Shown: positions 12,701-27,508, counted from the stretch's first letter. The stretch is DNA of 64,000 nucleotides from Chlorokybus atmophyticus (GCA_009103225.1 RHPI01003389.1:496001-560000), one strand, 5' to 3'. The notes: generated by a model from the sequence alone, not told the origin. Numbers and translations are program-made.

Positions 12701-15156
12701 CAAGAGTGTCTTGACCTCATTGAAAAGGTGGGGACAAGTTTTGTCGTTGGGCGTGTGCATGTGCGTGCATATGTGAGTTCGCGAGCGTGTGTAGTCACAC
12801 AACCGCCACACGCAGAGGCCGCTGGGAGTCCTTTCTCTTCTTGACGAGGAGTGCGTGTTCCCCAACGGCAGCGACGCCTCCTTCGTCGAGAAGCTGTCTG
12901 CCAACCTTTCCTCCAATTCTCACTTCCGCGCCGACCCGACGGACCCGTGCGGGTTCCGCGTGGCGCACACGGCGGGGGACGTATGCTACGACGCGGAGGG
13001 GTTCCTGGACAAGAACAAGGATTTGTTACATGCGGATTTACTGGGACTCATTGCGGGGAGCGCGATGCCACTACTGCAGAAGATTGCAGCGGCACTCTCT
13101 GCCGCCGACACAATTGTGAGTGTGGGGATGTTGTGTCTCACCATGCTCACCCTCACAAACAACAAACTGAGTTGGGTACTGCAGGGCGCAAAGAGGGGAG
13201 CCAACGGGGCTGCAAACAGGGCCCCGAGCGTCTCGCAGATGCAGTCCGTGGGCTCCCGCTTTAAGGTAAGTTATTTTGATCACAGGATCGACAAACTTGT
13301 AACGATGCATAACGTGTGCCACTGTTTCAAACGCAACATTTCCCCCACCACAGGCTCAGCTTGCGGCTCTGATGGCTCGTCTCGACGCGACGGAGCCTCA
13401 CTACGTTCGTTGCATGAAGCCGAATGCGTTGCAGCGTCCGTCGCGGCTGGACGCGGGACTGCTGCTACACCAGCTCAGATGCTGCGGAGTCCTCGAAGTC
13501 ATTCGCATCTCACAACTGGGATACCCATCAAGACACGCACACACATTCTTCGCAGACAGGTACGGGATCACAACACACACCATGATAATCGTCACTATCA
13601 CCATCACTATCATTGACCCAACTTACTCGTATCACACACAGGTACTCTTTCTTGCTTCCTCGTGAGGTGGGTGGTAGAGACTCTGCGGACGTGTGTCGCG
13701 AGCTCCTTCGTCACTTCCGCATCCCCGCGGGGGCGTACCAGATGGGTCACACCAAGCTGTTCTTCCGGCCGGGACAGATGGGCATCATCGAGGACATGCG
13801 AGCGAGGACGCTCGCGGCCGTTGTCGTCATACAGAAGGAGTGGAGAAGACTGTGCGCGAGACGGGCGTACCTACGACTGCGCGCAGCAACCGTCTACTGC
13901 CAATCACGTACGGGGAGTTGGTGTTGTGTGCATGTGTATGTGCGACACCTGGCAGAGAGCAAGGTCTCACTGTATGATATCTGCGCACAGGTGTGAAGGC
14001 AAGGTTTGCGAGGCGTCGCTACGCGGTGCTTGTGAGGCAGCACCGCGCGAGCCGGGTTATTGGCCGTCACGCACGAGGGCTCGTTGTGCGCAGTCGGTAC
14101 CAACGGCTCCAGACAGGGGCTGTGGTGTTGCAGCGAGGTACGTACGTTGGTGTGTGTATGCGCATGCATGCGTGGGAAGGAGAGACATCGTGAGACACCA
14201 TGTGAACGTGTCTGTCTCTTCGTGCTTCAGCTTGGAGACGGCGGATTGCGAGGGTGAGAGCGAGGGAGGCCATGTTGAAGAGGAGGCAACAACAACAACA
14301 ACAGCGAGAAGCAAAGGACTCCACTCGCACCTCCTCTGTTCGTGCAGACACCCTCTCCGACAAGGAGAACAGCGCCCCGCGCGACGCCAACGTGGTGGCA
14401 ACGGTGCCCAGACCCGCGCAGCCCAAGGTCTTGACCCCCGCCGCCGCCAACGTCGTGGAGAAGGCGCCCGTAATGCATCATCAACACGAGGCGTGGGAGG
14501 CCGAGTCGCGGGCGCGTCTGGTGGCACGCGTGGAGGAGCTGGAGGCCAGCTGGATGGCGGGCACGGGGAGCGTCGGGCGCGCACTCGCCAAGGCCGCAGG
14601 CGCACTGCAGGACAACAACAACAACACCGACAAGACGGGAGCCAACGGACGCAAGGGGGGACACCATCCCAACACACGCACGTATCACCTGCTCCCGCCC
14701 GAGGCCGCCAACGATGCCAATGCAAAGGATCCCAATAACACGCACAAGGACACAAACCAAGAGCCGGGCACACCCGGTAAGACCCGCGACAACGCCATGA
14801 CTCCCATGCAGAAGTTGGCGGAGGAGTACGAGAGCAAGACCCGCATCTTCGACGACGACGCGGACTTCCTGGTGGAGGTGAAGGACGGCCGCTCCGTCGC
14901 CAACCTCGACCCGGACACCGAGTTCAAGAACCTCAAGAAGAGGTTCGACGCGTGGAAGAAGGACTTCAAGGCGAGGCTCAGGGACACGCGGGTCATGCTG
15001 GATAAGCTGGAGAAGAGCGGACACGCAGCACGAGGCAACTTGATGACGCACGCAGGAGGGGAGGCCAAGCTTAGCAACAATGCTCCTGCTGCAATGCTAG
15101 TGCCGGATAGCCCCACCACCGCCAAGAAGAAGAAGAAGTGGTGGGGAAAGTCATGA
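9747..15156 (+). CDS. Class VIII myosin heavy chain, multi-exon
   Basis: N-terminal SH3-like region ([10 protein letters not shown]...[25 protein letters not shown]), P-loop [51 protein letters not shown] repeats, and a tail ending [10 protein letters not shown] (WWG tail motif of plant myosin VIII). First exon 9747-9783 (GTAAGC donor, phase 1, joining the acceptor before 10106) is tentative. Confidence 0.92.
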
Positions 15157-15905
15157 GTGGTACACATGGGTAGTAGTCCAGTGATGTGTAGGTTTCGTAA
15201 CAGTTATGTGATCAGCATGTTGCAGGGGACGCCGCGCCTTAGCTGAATGCAATAGGTTGATGCAACAATTGCACATGCGTGCTGTCCAACTCAAGTGTGA
15301 CGGTGCTAACACTCACGCCTGCCTCATACTGACTCCGCATGTCAAGTCATATTGGTGTGAAGTGGATACACGCATAAATGTGCCATGTGCTCCAAAAGAT
15401 CACCTTGAAGTCATGAAAAGGTGTGAAGCTGTCACAAGTTCAATGCCCGCTTTCTACGAGACCGTTGCATCATGTTGCTAACAAGGGAACCACTCTGGCA
15501 GCTTGTGGGTATTGTAATCAAAACAACGTTTGAGGGAATGCTCCTGCTTTGCAGCAAGTACAAGTGTATGTATAAAGTTGAAAAGCATGCAACCATGGCG
15601 GGTAGTGAAGTTTGAAGTCTGTATTTGAATTATAATAATATACTACTTAAGTGGAGGTAAGCAGCTAATGACATATTGAGTAAATCACTTGCATTTCTTT
15701 GGGCATCGTCTATACATATGACTTGCATATTTGCGTGAACAATTGTATGTTGGTATATTTAATTGTACAGAAACATCATTCAAGCTATGTAATACGGCGC
15801 CTTAATGTATTGTTTATGGCAGCAAAAGTCACTGTTTTGAGTAGCGCCACATGTCCATATATGTTCCATACCATGTATGTTACAAGCTATTAACGAGGTC
15901 ATTAA

Positions 15906-16630
15906 CCGTACTTATCTGTATAAAAGCCCCCTGATTGTAAAAGGGGCTTGTATTCGTCGAATCCGGGNNNNNNNNNNNNNNNNNNNNNNNNNNNNNNNNN
16001 NNNNNNNNNNNNNNNNNNNNNNNNNNNNNNNNNNNNNNNNNNNNNNNNNNNNNNNNNNNNNNNNNNNNNNNNNNNNNNNNNNNNNNNNNNNNNNNNNNNN
16101 NNNNNNNNNNNNNNNNNNNNNNNNNNNNNNNNNNNNNNNNNNNNNNNNNNNNNNNNNNNNNNNNNNNNNNNNNNNNNNNNNNNNNNNNNNNNNNNNNNNN
16201 NNNNNNNNNNNNNNNNNNNNNNNNNNNNNNNNNNNNNNNNNNNNNNNNNNNNNNNNNNNNNNNNNNNNNNNNNNNNNNNNNNNNNCTCAATATGTGTAGA
16301 GGTAATACTATTGGTAAAAAGGCACCTGTGTATTCTTGACTTAATAAAACTCCATAGGGTCTGGATTACGCTAAATCGGCTAGCGTATTAAATTATGTTC
16401 ATTGTTGATTAAAGGTGATAAACACGTAATATAACCATACCTTAAGTGTAAGTCACCATTGGTTAATTACGGTGAGTTACACTCAAACATACATTTCCAC
16501 GTGTTTAATCCTATAGTGGAGAGGCACTATCTACGAGAAGGGGCCATAGTAGCACAGCCTAACAATGTGCCCCCTCGGAAATGAAAAGGGGGGTAATTGT
16601 TGTAGGGGGACTGTGACTAGGTAAATACGG
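15906..16630. mobile_element. Probable non-autonomous Tc1-mariner/pogo-type MITE spanning an assembly gap
   Basis: Imperfect terminal inverted repeats: CCGTACTTATCT...CCCCCT at 15906 versus reverse complement CCGTATTTACCT...CCCCCT ending at 16630, followed by TA. AT-rich interior; N gap at 15968-16285. Confidence 0.5.
15968..16285. other. Assembly gap (N run)
   Basis: N bases. Confidence 1.
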
Positions 16631-17231
16631 TACAGCTGCTGGCTTAGACTGCAAGACCCTAAACTCCAATGGGTAGCAGTAGCAGGCCGGCATGCCACAA
16701 CCATAGGCAGGCATGCACAAATATACTTACGACATGCGCAATTGAGTTTGAAACTGAAAATGACAACATTATCGCTGGTGTATATGTTGATCTTGAACGT
16801 GTGCAGAGCAATTGACACAACAGGCTGTCAACAAGGCATCAGCATGTTGTGTCCATAATGGACCATTATTATTTATTGCATCCGCTACTTACCGATATGG
16901 TATCACCTTGTCGTGTCGTAAACCGGGCTGGGAAGTTGGAACTTCTTGTCATGATGGAAGACATTGCCGGAAGTTCCAAGAAAGGAAAAAAGCGAAAAAA
17001 GCACTGTGCCGAAGCAATGCATGGACCCAGCACTTTGCGGCTCCACGTGAGCAGCGGCGGCGGCGGCGGCGGCGGCAGGGGAGTCCCATGCTCTCCTCGC
17101 CCAGGCCCCATGGCTTGCCGCGCCAGAGCAAAACGCTAGTGCAGTCGTTGCCTGCATGCCGCTGCATTGGTGTAGGCCAGATGACTGCTGCAGCTGCTGC
17201 TGATTGACAGCATTGCGTTGTTGCCGCCTGC

Positions 17232-19166
17232 ATGGCCATGACGATGACGACCACGACCACGACGACCGCATCAGCAACAACAACAGAAGGGGATGTCCCG
17301 AGCATCGTAACTAAAGCGCTCTCGCCGTCGTCGTCTCCAGCGGCGCAGCACCAGCAGCATGCTGCGCTGGACGTGGAACCGGCGGAAGGGGATGTTGATG
17401 CCCGGCAGGAGACGACGCCGCCTACCACAGCCGTCACCGCTTCCAGCAACACCAGCTCCAGAAAGAACGCCGTCAAGTAAGCGAGCTGGTCGATTGCAGC
17501 GAGTACGTCGGTGGTGCACCGCGTGCAGCGGTTATCTTAGGGAGCGAAAACTTGTACACACGCATGCACGCCNNNNNNNNNNNNNNNNNNNNNNNNNNNN
17601 NNNNNNNNNNNNNNNNNNNNNNNNNNNNNNNNNNNNNNNNNNNNNNNNNNNNNNNNNNNNNNNNNNNNNNNNNNNNNNNNNNNNNNNNNNNNNNNNNNNN
17701 NNNNNNNNNNNNNNNNCGCACGCATGCGCGCGCATGCATCTCATCCCCCCCCCCACCCACACACACACCCACCCACACACACACACATGTGCACACGCAT
17801 GCACGCCTCCCCCACCACCACACCACCACCACCGCCACCACACACACACATGAAAGCACACGTGCGCGCATGCAGACGCACCCGCACCCATGCACACAGC
17901 GAGAGAGCAGCCGTGCATTAGCCCAGTCACTAAGCGCTCCGCTCTTGCGCAGGAAGTTCATTGTAGAGAATTTCATCCCGCTTGGTTTTCTGTTTGCGCT
18001 GGTGGTTGCGCTCGCGTTCCCTCAGCCCGGCCGCGAGGTGGGCAGCTGGCAGGTGGGTGGCGTGAAGGTGGTGCAGGCGGTGAACAACTTCCTGGTGTTC
18101 CTGGTGTCGGGGCTGACGCTGCGTTGGTCGGAGTTCCGGGCGCTGCGCGTGCATTGGCTCGGCGCACTCTATGGATCCGTCGCCATTCTCGCCATCACGC
18201 CGTGCCTCGGCTTCGCTACGCGATCGCTACCACTTAAGCCGACCGAGTTCGCCACCGGTGAGTGTGCGTGAGTGTGCTATGGTGTGTTGTGCAAGTGCTG
18301 ACACCCTCATGGATGTTTCTGATCTCAGGCTTGACTATCTTCACCACCGTGCCAACCACGTTGGGCGTTGGCGTGGCCCTTGTTGGTGCCAGCAAAGGCA
18401 ATCAGGTGAGGGCACGTAGTATACGCACGAAATTTATGCGCTCTGTTCTGTGGGTTTGGGGTGTATGTGCAACCCCTTATGGTTGTCATGCAAAGGTGCT
18501 GGCATTGTTCTTCACGATCGCCACCAACCTGCTGGGCATTGTGTCCGTACCTTACGAGCTGCGGCTGCTGCTCAACAACAGCACCGTGAGCGTCAACCCA
18601 GCGGACCTCGTTGTGAAGCTCCTGCTCACCGTCCTCGTGCCCACCGTCATTGGCAAGGTGCGGGTGTGTGTCGCTCACGCTCAAATAGTACTCAATGTTA
18701 TACAACTGATGTTTGTGCGCAGGTAGTGTGCAGCAACAGCGCGCGTGTGCAGTCGTTTGTGAAGCGTCGTCGTGTCGAGCTGAGCCTGTTCAGCAGCGCG
18801 AACCTCGTTTGCATCGTGTGGCAGACGCTGAGCGGTGCGCGTGACGTGCTTGTGCGCCAGGCCTTCACCCACATCCTCGCGGTGATCGGTTGCGCTGCGG
18901 CCGTGCACGTGGGCTACCTCCTCTTCAACGCGGGCGCAGTGAGGCTGCTGCGGCTGCCGCTCGTGGAGGCCATCGCAGTGGTTATCATGGCGTCGCAGAA
19001 ATCAGCACCCGTGGCTGTGACCGTCATATCGTATGTTACGACGGACATCGTGCAGCAGGGATTGCTGGCTGTACCCGCCATCGTTGGACAGCTCACGCAG
19101 ATATTCCTAGGAAGCGCACTCGCCAAAGTTCTCGCAAAACAGGTCGACAAAGAGTCGCGCGATTGA
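17232..19166 (+). CDS. Bile acid:sodium symporter family protein (BASS4/SLC10A7-like), multi-exon
   Basis: Exon 1 17232-17476 (GTAAGC donor) joins 17953 to give KKFIVENFIPLGFLFALVVALAFPQPG; also FLVSGLTL, TTVPTTLGVGVAL, TNLLGIVSVP and C-terminal SQKSAPVAVTVISY...IVGQLTQIFLGS. Intron 1 contains an N gap. Confidence 0.88.
17573..17716. other. Assembly gap (N run) inside BASS intron 1
   Basis: N bases. Confidence 1.
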
Positions 19167-19582
19167 CTGCAAGCATAGGTCAGCAAGTTGTCATTTTTTC
19201 TGCCGGGAGTTGTTGCTGGTGACGGTAGGTACTTTGGGTAACTATTGCTGTTGCATGTGACTGAAGCGTGGTCATGTGTTGGATGTCCAAATACACCTCA
19301 GTGTATATTACTGTGCACACAAGGTCACATGCTCTAACCTGTACAATCTCTTCCCAACCTACCCGTGATTACTCTGTGCTGTACACTAAAAGTTCTTACA
19401 TACTGTTGTGCTCTGGGGAACAAGCGCAGTGTGCGGCCCACCCTCCAGCACAAATCCCAACATGTTGTGCATGTTGTGCATGTTGGGACCCCTGTAGCTC
19501 AGATATTGCAGGCAACATTGAGAACAGCTGGACGATGTAGTCCATAGAGCAGGATGCGCCGCGCATTGCAGTTTCACAACCG

Positions 19583-22151
19583 TCATTGCAGATCAACCTG
19601 GACATTTTCTCCCTCGCCAAAGGCAGACGGCTCTTCCAGCTCCGTTAACCTTGTCTGTGGGGTTTCTAGTAGGCGAGCATCGTCGACTGCCACTGTCTGG
19701 CCGGCCAACCTGAACCGCAATGACTCGCACTCTGCCTCCAGCTCGTGTAACCGCGAACCTCGGTCAGCCGCCTCACCCCGCAGCTGATTCACTTCTTCCT
19801 GCAAACACGCATTTGTAGACTCTTTCTCCAGCAGCGATCGTTGCAATGTGGCCATGGCTTGATCTCGCAATTGGAGCTCGACCCTCAACTCCTCGACTGC
19901 AAAAAGCACTGTGGTTGGTAGATGCAGAAACAACTCAGCATGACAAACCTTTCCAACAAACACTTACTGGCATTGCGGAGGGTGCGAACCTCCCCTTCTC
20001 CCTCTTCCAGCCTCTGCTGCTGTCTGAATAACTGTGACTTGAGCCCTGCCATCATATCAACCTGCACGACAGCCTGTAAGTACACAGGCACAGCATTCTC
20101 GGTTACTCGCAAGCGCTAAGCTGCCAATACAGGGTTTAACTTACCGCCTTAGCGCTCATGCGCTCCTCCACGTCTCGCATCCGCTCCGCCTCCACCGCTT
20201 GTATGCTCGCCTGCCCATCAACCATGGATACATGTCCATGATCTTTATGCTAATGCACTACACACCTGGAGGTCTGAATTGACCGCTGCAAGTCGCTGTA
20301 ACTCAGACTCCCTGCTGGCCAGCTGCGGAGACGGGCCACAATGCTGATCAATCGATTACTCCATTCAGTCAACTATAGGCTTACCACGACACAGCCACAC
20401 ATGACATGCACGCATGCTAACCAAGCCAATAACACCTCTTACCTGCTTGACCAGACTTGTGCTTGCCAGTTGGTCAGCGTCATCCGTTGACGCTCTAGCT
20501 GCTTCCATCCTCTCAATGCGTGCCTGAAAATGCACAGCAAAGTTGTGTACAAGACTCTTGCAAACGTGGTGAACTCACTAGCAAAGCACCTGCAATTGGG
20601 CGCTAACTGCAGTCAGCCGCTGAACCTCCGCGTCCCTTTGCGCAAACTGCAGCTTGCCGTCAGTAAACATCCAGACAAGTTTGAAGCAAGTTACAACAAA
20701 CAAGCTTACCTCCTTCAATGCATCGCTTGCCTCCGCAGCCCTCTGAGCTGATTCCCCCTCCAGGCTAGCGATCCGAGCCTACCCCAATAAGTATGCTAAG
20801 CAATGTATGCACCTCTTCCGGACAGCAGGTGCAACAGAACCTGGCTCACCTGCAGGGAGGCAATATGCTGCTGCGTGCGCTCATCACTAGTTGCTGCCAG
20901 CTGCGGGTGCTGCTGCTGCCGTTGCTCAAGAAGAGCTTCCTCTAAGTCCGCCATACATGACTGACATGCACGCAGCACACAACTTGAGTAACACGCATGC
21001 CCCCACGAATGCAACTGTACACCCATACACACCTTGAGCCCGGCAAATTTGGCCCGCAGCCCCACACTTCCCGCAGCTTCCTCTTCTAGCTCGTCATCCT
21101 TGTTGTCAATGGCAGACTGGATAGGAACATACGCTTGGCTGCGCTTCGCACTGCCCTGCTGCTGCTCATAGCTGTCCACCAGCACAGCCCTTGCACGCTT
21201 GCCGCCACCTCGCTCTCGGGCGTCCCATGGGAGGACATCAGGCCGGGATTGGTCTTGTGCGGTGGGTGAGTCATTGATGGCTGAAGGCCTGTGGTTGCTG
21301 GTGGCGGCATTGTTGTGGATGTGGTGGATGGGTGAGATGTTCTGCTCGGCGGCAGCTGAGGCGGAGGCTAGGGGCGGGCCAGGCTTGTTCTTCTTGTTGA
21401 CAAGACGGGCGCGCTGCTCGGGCGTGATGGCCTTGCATGCAGCAGTGGCAAGGTGGTCGTGGCAGACCTTGGCTGGGTTGGAGACGTTGAGGTGCACCTC
21501 GCCGCAGACGCAGCGCAGGCCCAGGCCGAGCACGGCGGAGGGGCTGCTGCTGCCATTCGGGCCTGTGCTGGCGTTGCCGTCCACCACAAGCACCGGCGTC
21601 AGGTAGCACCAGAAAGACGCTCCGGCGGCGCCTCCAGGCCGGCCCAGGGCCTTGCGGCGCTGCTCCTCCAGGCGCAAGTACTCCGCCCTGGCCTCCCTCC
21701 AACCCCAACCCCGCTGCTTGCTGGCCTGCCTCAGCTTCCTGCTCACCTTGGCGCTGGCGGCGACCGCCCGCAAGCCCTCCACCTCCGCAACGCCGTCGCT
21801 GTCGCCCTCCCCGTCCCCGCCTCCTTCCCCGTCACCCTCAACGCCGCCCTCAACGTCACCGCCCCCGGGCAACCCCGCCCCAGCACTGCTAGGTGTGCCA
21901 GGCCCTACTCCCCCCGCCCCAACCTCCGTGAGGGACGCCAGCGCCGCCGCCGTGGCATGGCCGTGCAGGTGCTGCTGATGCTGATGCTGGAGGTGCTGCT
22001 GGTGCTGAAGCTGATGAACGTCAGCTGCAGCATAGTGCACAGTATGACCATGATGTTGGTGATGAAGATGGTGACCGAACCCTCCTCCTCCCCCGCCCCC
22101 CGGCGACGCCGACGCCGACACCACGGAGGAAGCGGGCGGCACACTGGCCAT
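19583..22151 (-). CDS. Chimeric protein: His/Gln/Gly-rich N-terminus, hAT BED-like zinc finger, and coiled-coil exons paralogous to the gene at 47428-53886
   Basis: Exon 1 is 21033-22151, with FWCYLTPVLV...LRCVCGEVHLNVSNPAKVCHDHLATAAC. Eight further short exons splice in phase (SCMADLEEALLEQRQQQ, GESAQRAAEASDALKE, LQFAQRDAEVQRLTAV, ARIERMEAARA, LASRESELQRLAAV, ASIQAVEAERMRD, VDMMAGLKSQLFRQQQRLEEGE, IEELRVELQLRDQ) and end in TGA at 19583. Confidence 0.75.
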
Positions 22152-22230
22152 TGCCTGGCTGCTCCGCCTCCGCCTGCGTGCGCACCGCCCTGGGAAGGAA
22201 GGTTTTGCGGAGGAAAAAGCAGCGAAAGGA

Positions 22231-22238
22231 AAACCCTA
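22231..22238. promoter_or_regulatory. Telo-box-like motif AAACCCTA in a divergent promoter region
   Basis: Exact octamer 80 bp upstream of the 22151 ATG; function inferred from plant telo-boxes only. Confidence 0.3.
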
Positions 22239-23051
22239 GCCGTTAGTTAGTTACCAGCTGAGGGTAGCTACTAACGCCGCCTTCCTCCGCACAGCTTCCC
22301 TGCCCATCATCATAACGTTAGTTGTTCACGCCCCGCATTGCTCATTGTTCGTGTTCGGTTATCTGACGCACGAAACTGTCCGGCGCAGAGCGGGAATGCG
22401 ATCGCGTTATTTCCGCTCAATTCAGTAACTTACAGACGTCCTGCGACAGTCCGCACTGCTCCAGCCCCGCGGCGGCGGCGGCAACGGTGCTGCTCCAGCC
22501 GCTGTGACTGCATGCACCTCTGCGACTGACGTTCAAGCAAGCTTCGAGAGCTCTACAGAGTGCTGAAAGGTAGCACGCAGGCTGCTGATGTACGTGACAT
22601 GGCACCAGCAGCAGCCTGCATGCTGGTGCTTATGTGCACGCCTTTGCGTCTGTGGCAAACGCCGACTGGTTTTGTTGCTGTGCATAGAGACGTAATGTCT
22701 TCTGCTGGTATCGTTATCTCAGCGGTTTGAGTGGATCATACGTGCCCAGCACTAACTGGTTCAGTGGACAAGCATTTCACAGCATACTGGGTGTGTCCAG
22801 TTGCGTCTGTTGGCTTGCTGCTTGCTCCAGTTGTTTAGAGGATGCAGAATGCAGCCTACTACGCTGCAATGCACGCAGGTGCTTGTTGATCACAGACGAG
22901 CCACATGCAAGCGCACTTGCACACAGATAAACAAAGGCACGCAAGTACTCGCACGACACAAAAGCACCCACACATGCACGCAGGCACGATTGAAGCCATG
23001 CTTACACATCGAAGCCAGACTTCTTTGTTTGTCCACACAGGCGTGACGGCC

Positions 23052-24538
23052 ATGCGCGCGGGGGTGTTCGGGGGCGCGGGTTGCGTTCGCTTTGTGGAGG
23101 ATGCGGAGCGCCCTCAGCTGAGTGACATCAGCGAGGATGACGCAGACTCTGTCATCGTGGCGGTCCGCCTGGCCGGTCTTTGCGGATCTGACTTGCACCC
23201 GTGAGTTTGATTTTGGCTTAGTTGGCTAATGCCACACTCGTGTATCAACCAGAAATCATCACACACGCAGGTATGCTGGGAGGGAACTCGGCCTCGACCT
23301 CGGCACCATCATGGGTCACGAGTTGGTCGGCACGGTGCGTACTTGGGCAACCCATGTGCAATATACGCGCGTATGCGCGTGCATGTGCATGTGCATTGCC
23401 CATAACAGCCAAAGGCACGCCCAACAGGTGCATGAATCTGGCAAGAACGTCACCAACTTTGAAGTCGGCGACTCGGTGTGCTCGCCCTTCACTGTCAACT
23501 GCGGTCATTGTTTCTACTGCGAAAAGGTGAACCAACGGCAATATGCTGTTGTGGTCCCGCAACAATATGTTGGCAACCAGATTACCGCTGACACACACAA
23601 CACAGGGTTTGACAGCGAGGTGCGAAAAGTCGAAGTGTTTCGGTTGGGTGGAGAATGGGGCGGGCTTGCAGGGTGCACAGGCGCAGTATGTGAAGGTTCC
23701 CATGGCCGACGCGACCCTTGTGCACCTCCCCGACGGCGTGACAGACATGGAGGCTCTCCTGCTCGGTGACGTGCTGCCAACCGGTTACTTCTGCGCCGAG
23801 CGCGCGCTGGAAGGCGTGGATTTCCAGCAGGAAGAGGTTGTTGTTGTGATTGGCTGCGGACCCGTCGGCCTCATGGCCATTGCCTCGGCTTTTCACCTCG
23901 GCGCTCCCCGCGTGATTGCTTTTGACTCTGTCCCTGCAAGACTCTCCAAGGCAAGGGAGCTAGGCGCAGAGGCCTTTGACATAACCATCCATGAACCCTG
24001 GCAGGTTGGCAGTGCTTGTACATATCTGTTGGAGGTATTTCGTACACATGGTAAGTAGCATGTGCATTGAAGTGTGTGCGTTGGCTCTGTTGGGTGTGCA
24101 GACTGTGCAGGAGCATTCAATCGGCAGAGGCGTGCCAGCAGTAATGGAGGTACATGTCTGTCTAGTTTGTCTACTGAACTGCTATGCTATGTTGTTGCGA
24201 TGATGAGATGTTTCTCGCAGGTTGTTGGCTTGCCGCAAGCGCTGAAAATGGCTTATGACCTCATTCGCCCGTTTGGCACAATCTCTTCAGTTGGGTGTCA
24301 CACAGCACCCAGCTTTCCATTCTCTCCAGCGGACATGTACAACAAGAATGTTACACTGAAGATGGGACGGTGTCCTGCACGGGCGTACATGCAGAAAGCT
24401 CTCGCGTTGATTCGCACTAGGAGGTTCAATGTGGAGTCGTTGTTTACACATTCTTTTCCACTAGCACAATGCGCTGCTGCATACGACATGTTCAACAAGA
24501 AAACGGATGGCTGCATTAAGGTGGCCTTCACACCTTAA
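23052..24538 (+). CDS. Zinc-dependent medium-chain alcohol dehydrogenase, formaldehyde-dehydrogenase-like (FDH-like) subfamily
   Basis: GLCGSDLHP, MGHELVG, structural-Zn motif CGHCFYCEKGLTARC, GAQAQYVKVPMAD, LLLGDVLPTGYF, GCGPVG, YNKNVTLKMGRCP; multiple GT-AG introns. Confidence 0.92.
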
Positions 24539-25391
24539 AATTACGCAAGAGGTGACCTGCGCGCGCTTCAATCTGTCGCAATTCACCAGCAACAGAGTAT
24601 GCCCAACACTCGCAGTATGTGCGTTTCACTAGAGTGTGCTGATCGCACACACTCTGCCCGAGCCATGGTGGCCATGCTGGTGGCAATTCGCGCAGCTGGT
24701 CACCCTTTGAAGCGGCTACTGCCGACATTGAGGCAGCAGAGGCTACGCACTACCAGCCCTGCGGTACAACTTGGTCATTCAGTCTTGAAGAACCAGCTGT
24801 CACTGCAAAGATTGCGGGGAGCAGGCTGCTGGTAACACGGCATGTGTAGCAGTGCCGTGCTGCACCCTGCGCGAGGGGCACTGCGCACGGTAATGTTGAT
24901 GTTGGTAGTGCATGGCAAGGGTTGTGCTACAAGCGGAGGAGCTGAGTGGCGGGCAGCAGAAGCGGAGGGAGGTGGAGGGGGAAGAGAGGGTGGGGAAGTC
25001 GTTGTTGATGATGTGCATGTTGCTTTGCTTGTCAACAACTGACAGCAACCCCTGCGGGCAGGGGATTGTGTCTGCATATACCGCCTTGCATGACTGACGG
25101 GTGCTGACAGTAGAGTAGTGACGCAGTTGTAGCCCAGTGGTTTACCGGAAATGATGGTTGGCATGTGATGCCGCGCCACTGTTGACTCATATTCTATGCA
25201 TGCGCACTTGTGTTCCGCATTTTGTGTACAAACTATACATGAAGCATCATTGCCGTAAGCTTAGCAACTAGTTCTTGCAAAATCAAACAATGTACAACCA
25301 ATCCAGCCCTAACAAGCTAGCACTAAGAGTGCAATCAGTGCACAATGTAATTTACAAATGCGACCCTAAGTGGTCAAACAATAAGCGTCAA

Positions 25392-27508
<2,117 letters not shown>

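Noticed and set aside
15877-16391. ORFs spanning N gaps (also 17359-17976 and 63163-63907)
   Set aside because: Artefacts of unknown bases.
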